Positions 36,024-49,624 of a stretch of 64,000 nt of DNA are shown piece by piece (positions within the stretch are counted from its first letter, which is position 1; each line of letters starts with the position of its first letter). The notes beneath the pieces were generated by a model. It did not search any database, was not told where the DNA came from, and saw only the letters and a program-made list of their open reading frames with translations. This DNA comes from Rhizodiscina lignyota (taxonomy: Eukaryota), in NCBI GenBank assembly GCA_010015805.1, contig ML978126.1:1302001-1366000 (forward strand). Reading direction: 5' to 3'. A program made the position numbers and the translations under genes.

Positions 36024-38868
36024 TTAATATTTGACAGTCTCTTTGAAAATAGGAATATCGCTACCACCATTGCGCCTGTCCCAGACAACGTGGTTCTTGT
36101 TATCGAGTTCGGCGCCCTCATCCGTCGTAGAGATACCCGCTTTCTCATTCTCATCAATCTCTCTCTTCGAAATCTCCGCGCTATCCCTTACCAGCCACAG
36201 CTTCGGCATCTTGGACGTAAGCACTGGGTTGACATATGCATTTGCCAGCTGGTCTTCGTTTGGATGCGCCTCGTCTAAAGCGTCTGGGTCTTCGAACCAC
36301 GTCTTCAGAACCCGATGAGAGTTGACGTCCGGTAGTAGAAGCCTCTCCAGGACATCGAATACAGCAGATGGAATCCAGCCAGGAGCCCGACGCTTTATGT
36401 TGGAGGCTTGTGTTGTGCCTTGATCAGGATGTACATCCGCTGTATATTCATCACCATCCACCAAAGGTGCTTCTTCATCTTCTTGTCTCAAATGTGGAGG
36501 CAACAGTCTTTCGATCGGTTTGAGAAGGCGATTGAGGGTAACATGATAGAGTATGGTGAGTATGAGGAGAACGACCATCATGATAGAAGGACCAGGTGCC
36601 TTTCGGACTGAGAACAAACCAATAAGACAGAGCTCAGAAAGGTAGACTCCGGTGAATATATGCTGGAAAGCGGTTGCATAGGCGTCACCCTTGGTATCAA
36701 TCTTCGTTTGGATGACGAACAACAAATTGTAGCGATAGCTGAGGTAGTAGAAGTAGATGCCAATGGCAGCGAATCCGAGAGTAAGGGGAGCAATGCATGA
36801 GTATGCGATAGCTGCAACAATCAGTAGGGTATATAATATTCGAAGAAACAGATCGACATACCAATGACAGCAAAATTAGCGAACTTTGGGTACACGGTGC
36901 CCCAAGAGATGCCCTTCATCCAGGTATAACGCTCGTATTTGGCGCGAGGCGTTCGATCAATGAGCCGATCATACGCAATATATTGAGCTAAATCGCTCCA
37001 ATTGAGAACGTTCTGTGCGGCAGACGCAGTACCCTGCAGGATGAAGTAGGTGAGGTAGAAGTTGGATGCTTTGGGTAGGTTCTCCGCGAGGAGTGCAGGA
37101 ACCATGCCAGGCTCTCGTGCTATCTGCGTGGCAACAGCGGCTGCCCCAGAAGTGAATGTCGTGACGAGGAAGACCTGAATTAGCTGAAATGCAAAATACC
37201 AAGCTTGTGTCAATTTCTCTGCCTGGGGAATAGTTGGTTCAAATCGTCTTGCCAACTCTGTGATCCATTAGCGGAGCTCGACCACAGTGGTGGAATGAGA
37301 CATACTGCGAAAGAACTTTGGAACGTAAGACACAAGCCAACTCAAGATGGTCGGTGGCAAGAGGCCGGTAATAAGGCCTTGCAGCCAGCCAGGCAAGTCG
37401 TCCATGAAACGGAGAAACGGCACCTTGTCGGTGAGATAGTTGAGATTCGAAATGGTTCCGATGATGCCGACGGGTATAGACCAGAATATGATCATAAGTA
37501 CAGCCAGTGCTGTTGCTGCAGACTTCTTCGATAGTCTCTTCGTTTGCCCTTGGCCCACGTTTTGCCATAGTACCTCCTTGGGCTGAAGACCGATAAAACG
37601 AGGCTCAAGTTGTAGAGGTCGACCGAATGACAAGTGATGGTATGCCTTGCGTGCAGCAGCCTGTGTCGCATATTCGACAAAGATCGCAGTCTGGCCTCCA
37701 GATGCAGTATTGGAATTGGACACACCATTCCGGCCATCTTCAAGTTTCTTAGCGTCACTTGTGGCATTGTCCCGAAACCAAGTAATTGCATCAACTTTCT
37801 GGCCAAACAATGGGAAGAGGCGGTGACTGGGCCTCACTTGCTTCTCCGCGTTCCGAATATCTAGCTCGCCTCCGTGGCTATTTAGCTCTTTCTTGTGTAT
37901 CTGGCGTATCAGTGATACTTGTGCGGCTTCGAGGGCCATGGCATTGCTGTTACGGCTGTCCACCAGATTTTGCAAGTCGCTCACATCCGTCACGACCCAG
38001 TGCTTGCGGGCGCCCTCGCTGTATACTCGCTCCAGATCATCGTCGGTGATTGTCTTATTACTTGGGTGCATGTATAAGACCGTCCTCGAGGATAGACGTT
38101 CGCTGACTGGTTTTGAGAGGTAGTAAGCCTGTCTGAGCTCACGGAGGAAGACCTTCTCTCGAGCGACCGTGAACATCACGAATCCTGAGAGCATGTTAGA
38201 ATAGAGCTGCGGCGTACTTGTATCAATCCACGAACCCAGAAAGACCCATGCAACCGCAGCATGTGCATAGAGCCTTTTCTTTCCAGTTACGTTACTGAAT
38301 GATATGCGATCCAGCTCAGTGGAATCCCCTCCGCCAGTAGCATTGACTGGAAAAAGGACTGGCCAAGTGATACAGCATCCCACAAAACAAACGAAGATCA
38401 TCGTCTTCAGAAATCGGCACCAAAGATAGGCGTCGATGGACTGGTGACGGAGTATGAATCTGTCGTCAAGCGTTCGGAAGCTGTTGAGCCAGTCATACCT
38501 ACCAAGACCCTGTTGTGGAGTACGATCTCTGCTCATGTTAGCCACCATACACCCTTGCAGAACGCTCGTTGGTGATTTTACTTTTTGGGAACGCCGCCAA
38601 AGTATGTTCTTGGCGAGTAGATGTTTGGGTAACGACCTCGTAGTTGCAGGAATATGAGGAGGGTGATCACCGCGGTTAGGAAAGTTGGAATAAATGTCGC
38701 TAAAATTGCCTCAAGCGACGTTGATCCCTCCGATCGATGTCCACCAGATCCAGGAGGAGGCTTCAAGGCAATCAGTAAGAGCTTATTTGCAGGACTCACA
38801 ATTGTACAAGAAAGAAATGATTCAAGAGATCTGGGTTCAGACGACAAACTTAAAATGAACAAATTCAT
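36024..38868 (-). CDS. CSC1/OSCA/TMEM63 (DUF221, Rsn1/Phm7-like) Ca2+-permeable channel; introns 38529-38581, 38185-38235, 37258-37305, 36812-36861; start uncertain
   Basis: IYSPRTY, DAYLW.RFL, LFPVNATGG, WYFAFQLIQVFLVTT, LPKASNFYLTY, IAYSCIAP. Confidence 0.92.
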
Positions 38869-40999
38869 GCTCGACTGATAGAGAAGGGTTCAACATGACT
38901 GAAGGGCAAACTGTATATAGTCACGACGACGCATGTAAAATTCCTGGGATGTTGAATGATGCACTCACTTTGTCCTCGTCCTTGTTGGCCCAGATGCCGG
39001 GTCCGAAGCTTGAAGACCACATATTCGAAGCGTCTCCCATTATGACCTCCATGGAATATGCTTTATCTCCACACAGTCATCGTCGAAACTATGATTCGAG
39101 CATGAAACCGGGGAGGCAGCAGGTTGAAGTGGAGGATTTGCCAAGCGGCAGGAGTGGCTGAGGTTTCCACACTTGCAACGCGTCGACGTCATGCAGTCGC
39201 GCACGACCCTCGACTTTCATTGGATGTCCTACTCCAAGTCTCAACGCCTAAGGTTGGTTTGGCAAAGCTTATGGTACACGTCTCTTAACTGTAAGACATT
39301 CTCTCCCCAATGACGAGATCGTATCTCCGTCTCCCAACATCTCTTTTTAAATCATAACCTCTTTGCGCTCCTTCCAGTGGCCCTGTTATTCTCAATTATT
39401 CTGTAGTCTTGCATAACCCCTTCGATCGAGCTGGACTCGTTTGTAACCAAAAAGCTGGACAGAGTATTCCTTGCCCTAATGCATATGAAATTCCATGATG
39501 ATATATACATGTATGCGGTTCCTGCCTGCCATCTTGGCCTGATAGAAGAGTAATATTGTTTTGTTGTGGTGTTCTGACACATTCTGGTGGCTCTCTCGAG
39601 CGTTCAGAAACAAGCGGAGGTGAAAGGTGGTGGAAGAGGGGACCAGGCCACCCGTTTCCTCGATGGCTAGCACCTAGCCCGGGTGCGTCCGTCGACGGAT
39701 ACCAAAACAAAAGTTACGCCAGAGCTCAACATATTGGACTTGCGAAAATGCAGACTCGTTTCAGGAAAGGGAAACTACTTTCATTGATATCTCAATAAAG
39801 CACCGCCCATCATGTGTAAGTTCTGGCCTCTGGCAAGCACGAAGCTTGTGCCCCCTCCAGCCGAGACTGGCGACTTTGAAATCCAATATGTCAGGTACTG
39901 AGGCAGTGTCCCTTAGACGATGGGGAACAAAATAGAAAGGCAGCCAATATTGTCAATTTTTGGGGGAAAAGGCATCACCACTTGGACGTTGTCTTACCGC
40001 TTCCAGTGCTCAAGTGTCTCACAGGAACCAAGTTCAAGCTTCATCGCCCTGGCACAGAGCAACTTTAATGGTGATTCGCAAAGGCTCAGTGCAATCCAGG
40101 TACGTTGAGCGCTATGATCTTTCAGCTACGCCCCCATTGGCGAGGGCAGTATCAAGCTGCATACGAGACAGCATGAGCAATGGCTGTTCTCGGTAACTAG
40201 AATCGGTGGGTGTGCTAGGGCGAGCTTAAAGAAAGGAACTTGTACATTGTAGCGAGTAGGAAAGAGGCTGAGTCGTCTGTGCGGGCGAGAGACACACGAT
40301 GCCACATTTAAAATGTCGGCGCTAGATTATGTGGAAAACCGCACTTTAGGACATTGCCGGCGTGAGGCTGAGGACTGCACTCCACAAATCCGTGGAGCCA
40401 CGTTCTTCGCACTTGAATTTACTCGTGTTTTGAGGTTGGATTCCTATGTACGCAGATCCAATTAATAGCTGCACTAAACATCGAACGTCTGTACATCTGG
40501 ACAGCAATTGAGATAGTCTGAGCAACGTGAAAGCTCCTCCTAATCCTCCCTTAATAGCTACTGGCTTGTGCGTGTACGTCTCTCGCATAGAACCACTGAT
40601 CTAATCATTCTAATGACATGAGAATGTCGGCAGCCATGTGCCACCGTACATAAGCTTAAAGCATGCTCGCAGGGGGTTTATTTCTGAAATAGAGCGCTTG
40701 TATGGGCGCTCTGATCCAGACCCTGCAGCTCGCCTTTGGCTTACTACAGAGCCTCATTGTCGAATATCGAATTCATGAGGCGCAGTTCGAAAGGTACGAT
40801 ACTGTAGAAAGAGACCTGATCATGTATATAAGGAAGCATAATTCACCTTGAGTTCTTTCCTCCATCAAACATCAACAGCTTTCAACTCTACAGTCTTCTA
40901 CACAAATCTACTCCCCAAAACTCATAATCCTCTCTATTCAACGCACTCAACCAACCTTCTATTCGAAAACTATCAATCGGAATTATCCAAACATTCGAA

Positions 41000-41592
41000 A
41001 TGGCTGGCCTTCTCTCCATCGCTCTCTTCGCCCTTCTCGGCACTTCTATGGCGGCCCCAGCCGTCGCTCCAGAGCCAACTAAGCCCACCATCGTCGACTT
41101 TAACCTTGTCTCTACTCAAGCATCCTCCCCAGATCTCGTCACCCCTGCACTGGACGGCGGTCGCGCCATCACCCTCTTCGACCCATTCAACAATGACGAG
41201 TTCTTCCTCAGCCTTGGTCACAACAAGAACCTCCCAGTCTTTGAGCTCAGTGGTGATTCCCTTTCTGCCAAGGCCAAAGAGCCCTTTACCGGCAAAGACA
41301 TCACGTACCATTCTGAGAAGCTGGTTGCCGGCCAGCCGGTTAAGATGTCGCGAATTCCAAAGGGTAGCAGCGGCATGAGCTTCAACGGTGACCTCATCAC
41401 CGTTGGCGCTGACGCTGGAGACTTCCAGATGTGCAGCAATGTCCAGGGGCACTCTGTGGTATGTGACACCTTCTATTATCAGCACACAAGCGTCATTGCT
41501 AACGATAAATACAGATCTACTACAAGGCACACTACCCGAACTGTGAGGAGTTCAGCTTTTTGCAAGTTGTCCCTCGCTCTGAAGTGCTTTGA
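41000..41592 (+). CDS. Small secreted protein, 178 aa, 2 Cys; intron 41459-41514
   Basis: Signal peptide MAGLLSIALFALLGTSMA-AP; GTATGT..GCTAAC..CAG intron; TATATAA at ~40826. Confidence 0.85.
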
Positions 41593-42009
41593 GCTTGAGA
41601 TGTGCTCGCGTAATGTTTTCGGGTTGTTTCTCAGGGCGTTGGAATCGGTAATGCATTGATAATGGATCTGATTGTGATTGTCTTATTTGCATAGCACTGT
41701 CGGGCATAGCACAGGCGTCTGGTACCTGAGTCTTCATATAGTAATCTTAATGGTAATTGGCATCTCTCCACACTCTGTTTACTGTGAATGCAATGGAAAT
41801 GCCGCTACTACCACTTGCCGAGACACTTAGTCAACAAGAGGGATGCGGAGAATTGCAGGGAGTCTCTCGATTTTGTTTGCAATAACTTCGTCTGAGCATG
41901 GCTGCTACTGGTGGTCACACATGACAGGGAGATTTGTTCCGCAGATACATGATTCATAAGCTTTTTGTAACCTTCTATTCTGCGGCTTTCATTTACTCAC
42001 GAGTCTAGC

Positions 42010-43595
42010 TTAGAACTTCTTCATCCTCTCCGCATTTGCAAGTCTCATCCTTTCTCCATACGTCATAAGAAACCACGGTACTGGAATCATTGCAAGGGCG
42101 AGGAACGCCAGCAGCGAGTTGCCCCAACCGAGTCCCAGAGTTGCATACATCTTCGGCGCTGCCAGAGGGACAACAGCTGCCATGATACTCCTGGTTATTG
42201 TATTTGCTGCAAGGGCTGATGCAGCAAAGATCGTAAAGGCGTCTATTGTGTAGGCCTGGATACTCATGAAGATAAGGCTGTTGCCGAAACCTAAGAAACC
42301 CGGTCCAATGATAGGAACGATCCAATGAGTATGCGCCTGAGCGGACCATCCGTACCAGAAGAAAGCGATGGGTACTGCGCAACCGCCGACGACTGCTAGC
42401 GGGAGGCGATATTCAGGCTTCATTTCTCCATTCGGATCTTTCCTCGCTTTTGCCTTCAATATCCTGTCACTGAGCTTAGCGAAAACGAATTGTCCGGCCA
42501 GATACCCAACCCCCAGGCCTAAATACGCCAAGCCAACAAGGCTCGGTCTGAAATGATATACTTGCTCGAATACCGTCGTGAGCGTCGTCAGAAGCAGGTA
42601 AAAGTAAGAGTAAACAAGGCCCATGTATACCGAGAAGGCGAGTACAATCGGCGAGAATACGAGCATCTTGACCGCGCGTGCAATACTATGTCTGAAATGC
42701 GCTGCGGGCGAACGACCGGTATCGTACTCAGAGCGGAGTTTCGAATTACCCGTCTCCTTGCGTAGACGTGCAGCCTTTCGAGCCAGAAGTATGGGATGAT
42801 ATGTTTCGCGCCAAAGAGGGATGCAAAGGACGAACGGCACTGCAAGCTGTTGACCGTTACTTTCAGTTGTTAGGCAACTTAGTAGTTCTCCAAGGATCTC
42901 ACCACAATGGCCGATACCCAGAATGACCATCTCCAACCTTTTGCCCCGGTCAAGAATCCTCCGATGAGTGGTCCGATCACCGGTCCTGTTAGTAGCCCAA
43001 GCGTGAACATTGACAAGGCGAACCCACGCTCTTCCTGTCTGACCATGTCCGCGATTATTCCGCCTCCGTTCGTTAAAGGTACTGCGGCAAAAATCCCTTG
43101 TAATAAGCGGAATCCAATCAACATTGGCAGACTCGTCGCCAAAGCACACGCGATGGTGAAGCATAGGAACCCTAAATTTCCGACATGCTGGATTGGCAGT
43201 CTACCATAGATTTCGGACAGTGGAGCGAAAAATGAGGGCCCAGTACCCAGGCCGAGGACATAGATTGATACCACAAAGGTAGCGAGGACATCGTTCGACG
43301 ATCCAAATTCCTCCATAAGCTGGGGAACTCCTGGAGCGAAAATAGAAGAGCTCAGGCCTGCACAGAATGTGACAGAGGTGCAAAGCGAGATGAGTGTCCA
43401 TCGAAAATTTGTAGGCCAGTTTGTGGGCTTCGCTGGGTCAGTTGGAGAGTCCCATGACACGATTGTGAAATCGTCCTCTAGTTGCTTCTCTCCGTCGACT
43501 CGCTGTTGCTCTCGTGATTCATCCTGGATTTCGATATCTACTCCAGCCTCTATGTCCTCCTCTTTAGTCGCACAGTCTCCGTCTTCTTTGCCCAT
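42010..43595 (-). CDS. MFS transporter, DHA1 family; intron 42847-42902
   Basis: WDSPTDPAKPTNW, APLSEIYGR, GPVIGPLIGG, PEYRLP, LGWGNSLLAF. Confidence 0.93.
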
Positions 43596-44252
43596 TCTCC
43601 CCTTAGGGTCAACAATGGAATGCCGAGTAACGCTTTGGGAAGCTTGATGAAAGGATCTAAAACAGAAGGAAAAAACCAGCTAGCTCTTTCTCAAGGAGAA
43701 AGCGGAGGATTCGGACTAAGAGAGATAGAACGTGTCGTGCACTTAGAAGTACTTGCTGAAGCGACCGGAATAGAGAAACTTAAAGCCTACTCCGTACCAA
43801 CATATTAGAAATACCATTAATTGACTGAAAAAAGGCCTTCCTGCACCATTACGGCTACTCGGCCCATTTCCGTGGTAGAATGCCTAGTCTCCAAGGAGGG
43901 AGGTCGGAGATTCGCGCAACCCCGCATCCACCATTACTCCAGAGGGAAAGTATACCGTTTCTAAGGTTGTCAACCAGCAGAATAAGATCTACATCTGAGA
44001 TGAGGTCTCGGAGAAGCCTCGGCGGGCCAATTTTGATGAATAGGTACGGAGGTTAACGTTGGCCGATGTACCCCATAATATAATCCGAAAATTTTGCGCT
44101 ATACCGGATTCAGATTGCGCACAACTACTCCGTACGGTTCGCTGGAGCTCCATCTACCACAGTCAGGCTCATTATCTTCCCGTTCTCATAATTCTCGCAG
44201 GCAACCATGTATCCCTGTCATCAGGGTAGCCATCCTGCACTTTGGGATTTGA

Positions 44253-46424
44253 ATGATGAGCGCTCGCGATGGATATCCCTCCAGTCCGTCGAGCAGGAGC
44301 CCGGAAGGATGGCATCGCTCCAAGCGACGGCGGACTCATTCGCCCCAGAACTCGTCTAGTCGAGAATATGGGCTGATGAGAGATGGCACTGATCGCGGGA
44401 GGCCACGGTTCCTAGGAAGTGCGAGTGGAATTCATTTCATACGCGCTGTGTACGACGCATTGGCTCGTCGGCCAGGAGGACCTTATGACCATCAGTCACC
44501 TCAGGAGAATCTCGTTCCCGGAGAAGACGACCAACTACGTGAGCAGAGCCAGACACGGCCCTCAGAGAGTAACCTCAATCCCGAGAATGAGTCACACTTC
44601 TGGCGCGTGGACGAAGTTCTTTCAGGAGACACTTTCCCCCTTCTGCCTGGCTTCGATCAGTTGATAGACTGGAGCAGAAGCTATTTTGAGAACTGGCACC
44701 CTCTATTCCCTTTTTTGCACGCCCCGAGCACGCTCCGGTATTTCGAGCAGATCAGTCTCAACGGAATTCGATCCTTACCTGCGGCGCATGCTGTTGTTGT
44801 CCGATCTGTCATTTCGATATCTTTGGCCGATGCCCGCCAAAGCACGACCAAGTTAGCGGTTGTACCTGCGAACCTTGTATTTCGGGATGCTGAAGATTTG
44901 GTCTCGCAGGTACAATTCGCTCTTTTCGAGCCAGCATCACTGCAAAATGTTCAAGCCTTGGTGGTAGCTCAGCTTCTTCTAGTCTCCCAGTTGCGGTTCA
45001 ACTTTGCATCGAGACTTGGAGGGCTGATATTGCGCATGGCTCTCCACCTAGGACTTCACCGATGTCCCGCCAGGTACTCTAATTTCAACCCCGAAGAGTC
45101 CCAGCTCCGACAGCGTGTTTTCTGGTCCATTTACTGCATTGAACGGATGCTCTGCCAATCTCTTGGCCTACCACTGGACATACAAGATGACGACGTCGAC
45201 GTATGCTACATCGGGCAGGAGCTCCACAAATTGCAGCCCGGAACTTGGAGCGAGAATAATGGAAGCAGTACGTGTGACGCCTTAAGAGTGTGGATATTTT
45301 GCTGATCCCGAACCATCTTTCATTTAGACCAACAATTGCGGCTTCTAACATTTCTCGTTAAGCACGCAAAGATCCGCGGTTTGATATTGGAGCTTCGAAA
45401 CAAATCACTATCGGTCAGAAGAGACACTTTCGAGCGCACAATGGCTGTTCAAGTTGAACTGGCCAAGTGGGCAAATGACATATATGATGTTGTTGAATCT
45501 AATACCGTGGGTGGCCTTCAACTGCATACGACGCTGAACGAACTACCGAACCCTAATCGCAATACGATTACACCAGCACATAGATTAGTCCTCCAAATAT
45601 TGCAACATGAGGCAACAATTACTCTGAATCGACCACTGATAACGGAACTAGGAAGTTCGGCTGCGCTCGCCGCGCTTCAAAACTGTATTACTGCATCCCG
45701 ATCCATCATTAATTCACTGGACAGTTTTAGAGTACAGCACATTTCAGCCGATACTCCTTTTCAAGATGCTCTGTCAACGCCAATGGTTTGGCCGTTGTTG
45801 ACGTGGTCTGTCTGGATGAGCTGTTTCATCTTGACATATGCGGCACTGGAAGGCCACTTGAGCGTTCCGTCAGCTCTGAGATACGCGGACAAGACTCTTC
45901 TCATACTCCAACACCTTTCCCGACGACAAACTACGTGGCCGGACTCATGCGCGGATGCCGTCCGGCAGTTGATGACTGCTTTGAAAGAAAGTGATGTGAT
46001 GGCTCCTGGTGTAGAGCATGTTGCCAACGGGGAGCAAATTATCTCCATGTCTCGCTACAATCAACCAGGCCATGGAGATGGCAACTCCAATAGCAGAAGG
46101 CACCGGCGGAATCTCAATAGTCGCAGTGGAGATCAACATCGCGACATCCATGACCGTCCTGCAGGTGGTACGGAACGTATCGTCCACACTGTCGAAGTCT
46201 CACCCAATCGAAGTACTTCTCAGGCCATGCCGAACACAACGACAGCCGCACAGGACCCTTCCCGTTCCGACCAACGTCAAGAGGAGTGGACTTCAGCGAC
46301 TCAAAACCAGTGGACGAACGGTGCCTACGATCTGGACTTCCTTGACCCATTCAATGCAATAGACTTCTCGAATTTTGCTCCAGGGACGGATGACCCACTC
46401 CGTGATTTCTTATCGCTTGATTGA
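44253..46424 (+). CDS. Fungal-specific transcription factor (Fungal_trans middle homology region), no Zn2Cys6 cluster seen; intron 45268-45327
   Basis: FLGSASG, YFENWHPLFPFLH, LGLHR, RQRVFWSIYCIERML..SLGLP. Confidence 0.9.
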
Positions 46425-46825
46425 ACGATGAGAATGGTTGAAGAAGCAATTGGTCGCGTTGAGAGCCAATTCTCTCTATGATAGATGTCTGGCAGCTTTG
46501 CTAGCGTTCAATGAATCTTACTCATCTCCCCTGAATTTTTATATACTTGTCTGCCGTGCTCCTTGGTGAACGGTAATTCAGTGAGAGAAGCGTTCGGTCG
46601 AAGCCGGGTGTATGCGCTTACCAGGAGAATCTTTCTCCGGTCTGTTTCTACCGGACAACTAAAGTGCGACGTCCCCGACACCGTTCTCAAACCTTCCGTC
46701 CTGCTTTCTTCCCCGGCTATTATATTTAAACGTGACAATGGTCAAATTCTGAATGTAAGTCAGTGTCTCCCATTTCAATTTAATTCTCATACATCATCTT
46801 GGTCTCCAATTGAATATATTCCGTC

Positions 46826-48041
46826 ATGTCGCCATCTACAGTTCCAGTGCAGCAAACGTACAGCATCGCCTCCATACCAGCTGATGGAATTGGTCCGGAG
46901 GTCATTGATGCAGGCATTCAAGTCCTCAATACCCTGAGTGAGACGCTTGGATCTTTCAGATTCGATTTCAAGCACTACGACTGGAGTTCGGACACATACA
47001 AGAAGACGGGAAAGTATATTCCTGACGGCGGTCTCGACCAATTAAAAAAGCACGATGCTATCTTCTTTGGGGCGGTGGGCGCACCAGGTATGTCGCAATA
47101 GACGGATTATATACATATACCATGCTAACTATGAGAAGACGTGCCTGATCACATCTCCCTTTGGGGACTCCGTCTTGCGATCTGTCAGACATTCCAACAA
47201 TACGCCAATGTCCGACCGACCAAGGTCTTTCGCGGCACCCAATCGCCACTGCGAAAGTGCGAGCCGAAAGACCTAGACTGGGTCATTATCCGTGAGAACA
47301 GCGAGGGCGAGTACGCCGGCCAAGGAGGCCGCTCGCACAGAGGCCAGCCGTGGGAGACAGCGACAGAAGTGGCGATCTTCTCACGGCACGGTGTCGAGCG
47401 TATTATGCGATTTGCGTTTGAGACGGCTCAGCGGCGGCCAAGGAAGCTGCTGACGCTTGTGACGAAGAGCAATGCTCAGCGCAACGGAATGGTGCTTTGG
47501 GACGAGGTCGCTGAAGAGATTTCGCAAGAGTTTCCGGAAGTTACGATGGACAAGATGCTTGTCGACGCGATGACTTGCCGTATGGTGCTCAAGCCGGAGT
47601 CAATAGATACTATTGTTGCCACAAATCTGGTATATACATTCCTTTCACCAGCATTTGTGCGATTGCGCTAACAGATTACAGCACGCAGACATCCTCTCAG
47701 ATCTCGCCGCTGCCTTAGCAGGCTCAATAGGCATTGCACCGACGTCAAATCTCGACCCCACGCGCCAGAATCCCAGCATGTTCGAGCCTATCCACGGTTC
47801 AGCTTTCGATATTACCGGCAAGGGTGTGGCAAATCCCGTTGCGACCTTCTGGACGGCAGCGGAGATGTTGGCATGGCTCGGCGAAGAAGAAGCGAGCCAG
47901 AAGCTTCTCGAGTGCGTTGAAAATGTGTGCGAACGGGGTATTGTGACGGCCGATCTAGGAGGTAGTGCGAAGACTGTCGAAGTTACCAATGCTGTCTGCG
48001 ACGAGATCAAGAAGCTGGCTCCTACGAAGAAAGCTGCATAG
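46826..48041 (+). CDS. Tartrate dehydrogenase/decarboxylase (D-malate dehydrogenase family); introns 47088-47138 and 47630-47681
   Basis: DGIGPEV, DAIFFGAVG, PDHISLWGL, RENSEGEY, TKSNA, FEPIHGSAFDI. Confidence 0.92.
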
Positions 48042-49624
48042 AATCGCTGCATATGTTACTGATCCTTCAATTTATTTAGTCTTTGGGCGCTGGCAATTGT
48101 AACAAGCCGAGAGAGGCCAAAATTTGTATGACACATGGAAAATAAAGCAAGCTAATATCTTGAAAGGACTACTTCTATATGAATTGCACCATTTCGACGT
48201 CTGCCACTTCTTTGGCGAAGTATCACGTTGCAGATAAACATGTCTCGCCAGATACATGACCATTTGGCAGGTGATTCAAGAGTGTATTTTAAGCTTTGGA
48301 TAATAGTAAAATAGAACCCTAGTCGAAGAGATTAGCGAGATCAACATTTGACAGGGTGGCACTACCGCCGAATATGTCTAAGATGATTTCGCTGTCTAGA
48401 GCAGACCCGATTGCGCATTACACAGCAATTAGGAGGCGTGTAACTTGGACTTCTCGCCGGGCGTATTATTGAACGAGTTATTAAGTGACGGTGGTATTTG
48501 AAATAGTACTTCTAAGCAATATAAGAGATAAATCCTCAAGTATAAGCAGGAGCGAGTTATGAAGGAAGTATTGCAGAATATAGCCGATTCTCTCTCCGGT
48601 GAATCAGTCAGCCCGGCCAGGAGAGTGCAGCTGAAACGGGAGTTCGTCAGACTCCACAACTAAGGTTAGTAAAGAGGCTGGAGAGGATGCACTCGATAAA
48701 GGAAAACTGAAGAAGAGGAAGTTGGTAAAGGCTTCGAGGAAGAGAAGTAATGTTAAGAAGTAGGATAGGGCCACACCGTACACCAACTTATTTAGGAAAC
48801 TGCGATAGGATAATATGCTGCAATCAGAGTTGATACTACAAGTACTGGGGGAGATGCGGAACGTCTACAAAATACAAGCTGCATTACATTGTCACCGTGA
48901 GACGATCTTGATACGTCTAATGAAAATGGCCTGCGTAGCTTCCAGCGCACTCCACAGGCGAATGTCAAGACAGACTACCCCCTGTGGTGGTTCATCCAAG
49001 TCGTACAAGTTGATAAAAGACCGAGGTGTGTTGTACGCGCCTCAAGCGTCAGGTCTGAAGGTTGGAGAAGGCTGGCCGGGAGGTTCGAGGCGTCGGGCAG
49101 ACATGTGGAAGCAGCACCCCACGCCGTTGGACTTGGCAGGCCGAGCTAGCGCAAGGGTCACTGCACGTCGACCCCAGCCTTCATGCAAGCGTGAAGAGCG
49201 GTCAGTGGAGCCGTGCAGCATTTGAAAACCGCGCCCCTCCCTTCCTGCAGCTGAAGATGCTTTGACACTTCTCCAATCGCTTTGCTGCCAGTTGCGACTA
49301 TATATTCTGAATTGCCCATCGTTTTGCGCCAGAATCGAGACCGGAGCTTTGCCAATCAAGAGCAGGGAAATTGACAGGAGCAGCAGTTCGCATAGCGAGC
49401 ACGTACCACGGAGATAGCAGTTCACCAGCCTCTCGAATTTCGGCTCTGTCTGAAGTCCACGAATCCGCGGTTTTAAGGCTGGAAGTGCCTCATCCATTCG
49501 AGCACTTCGGAAGCATTGGATCTGAGATCATTCGTGCTCGATATCTACGATCCGCCAGCTCGCCTGAACAACCTCCAGACCAGACAAGTCTATCGAAGCA
49601 GACAGCCTTGTCTCACCAATCGCA

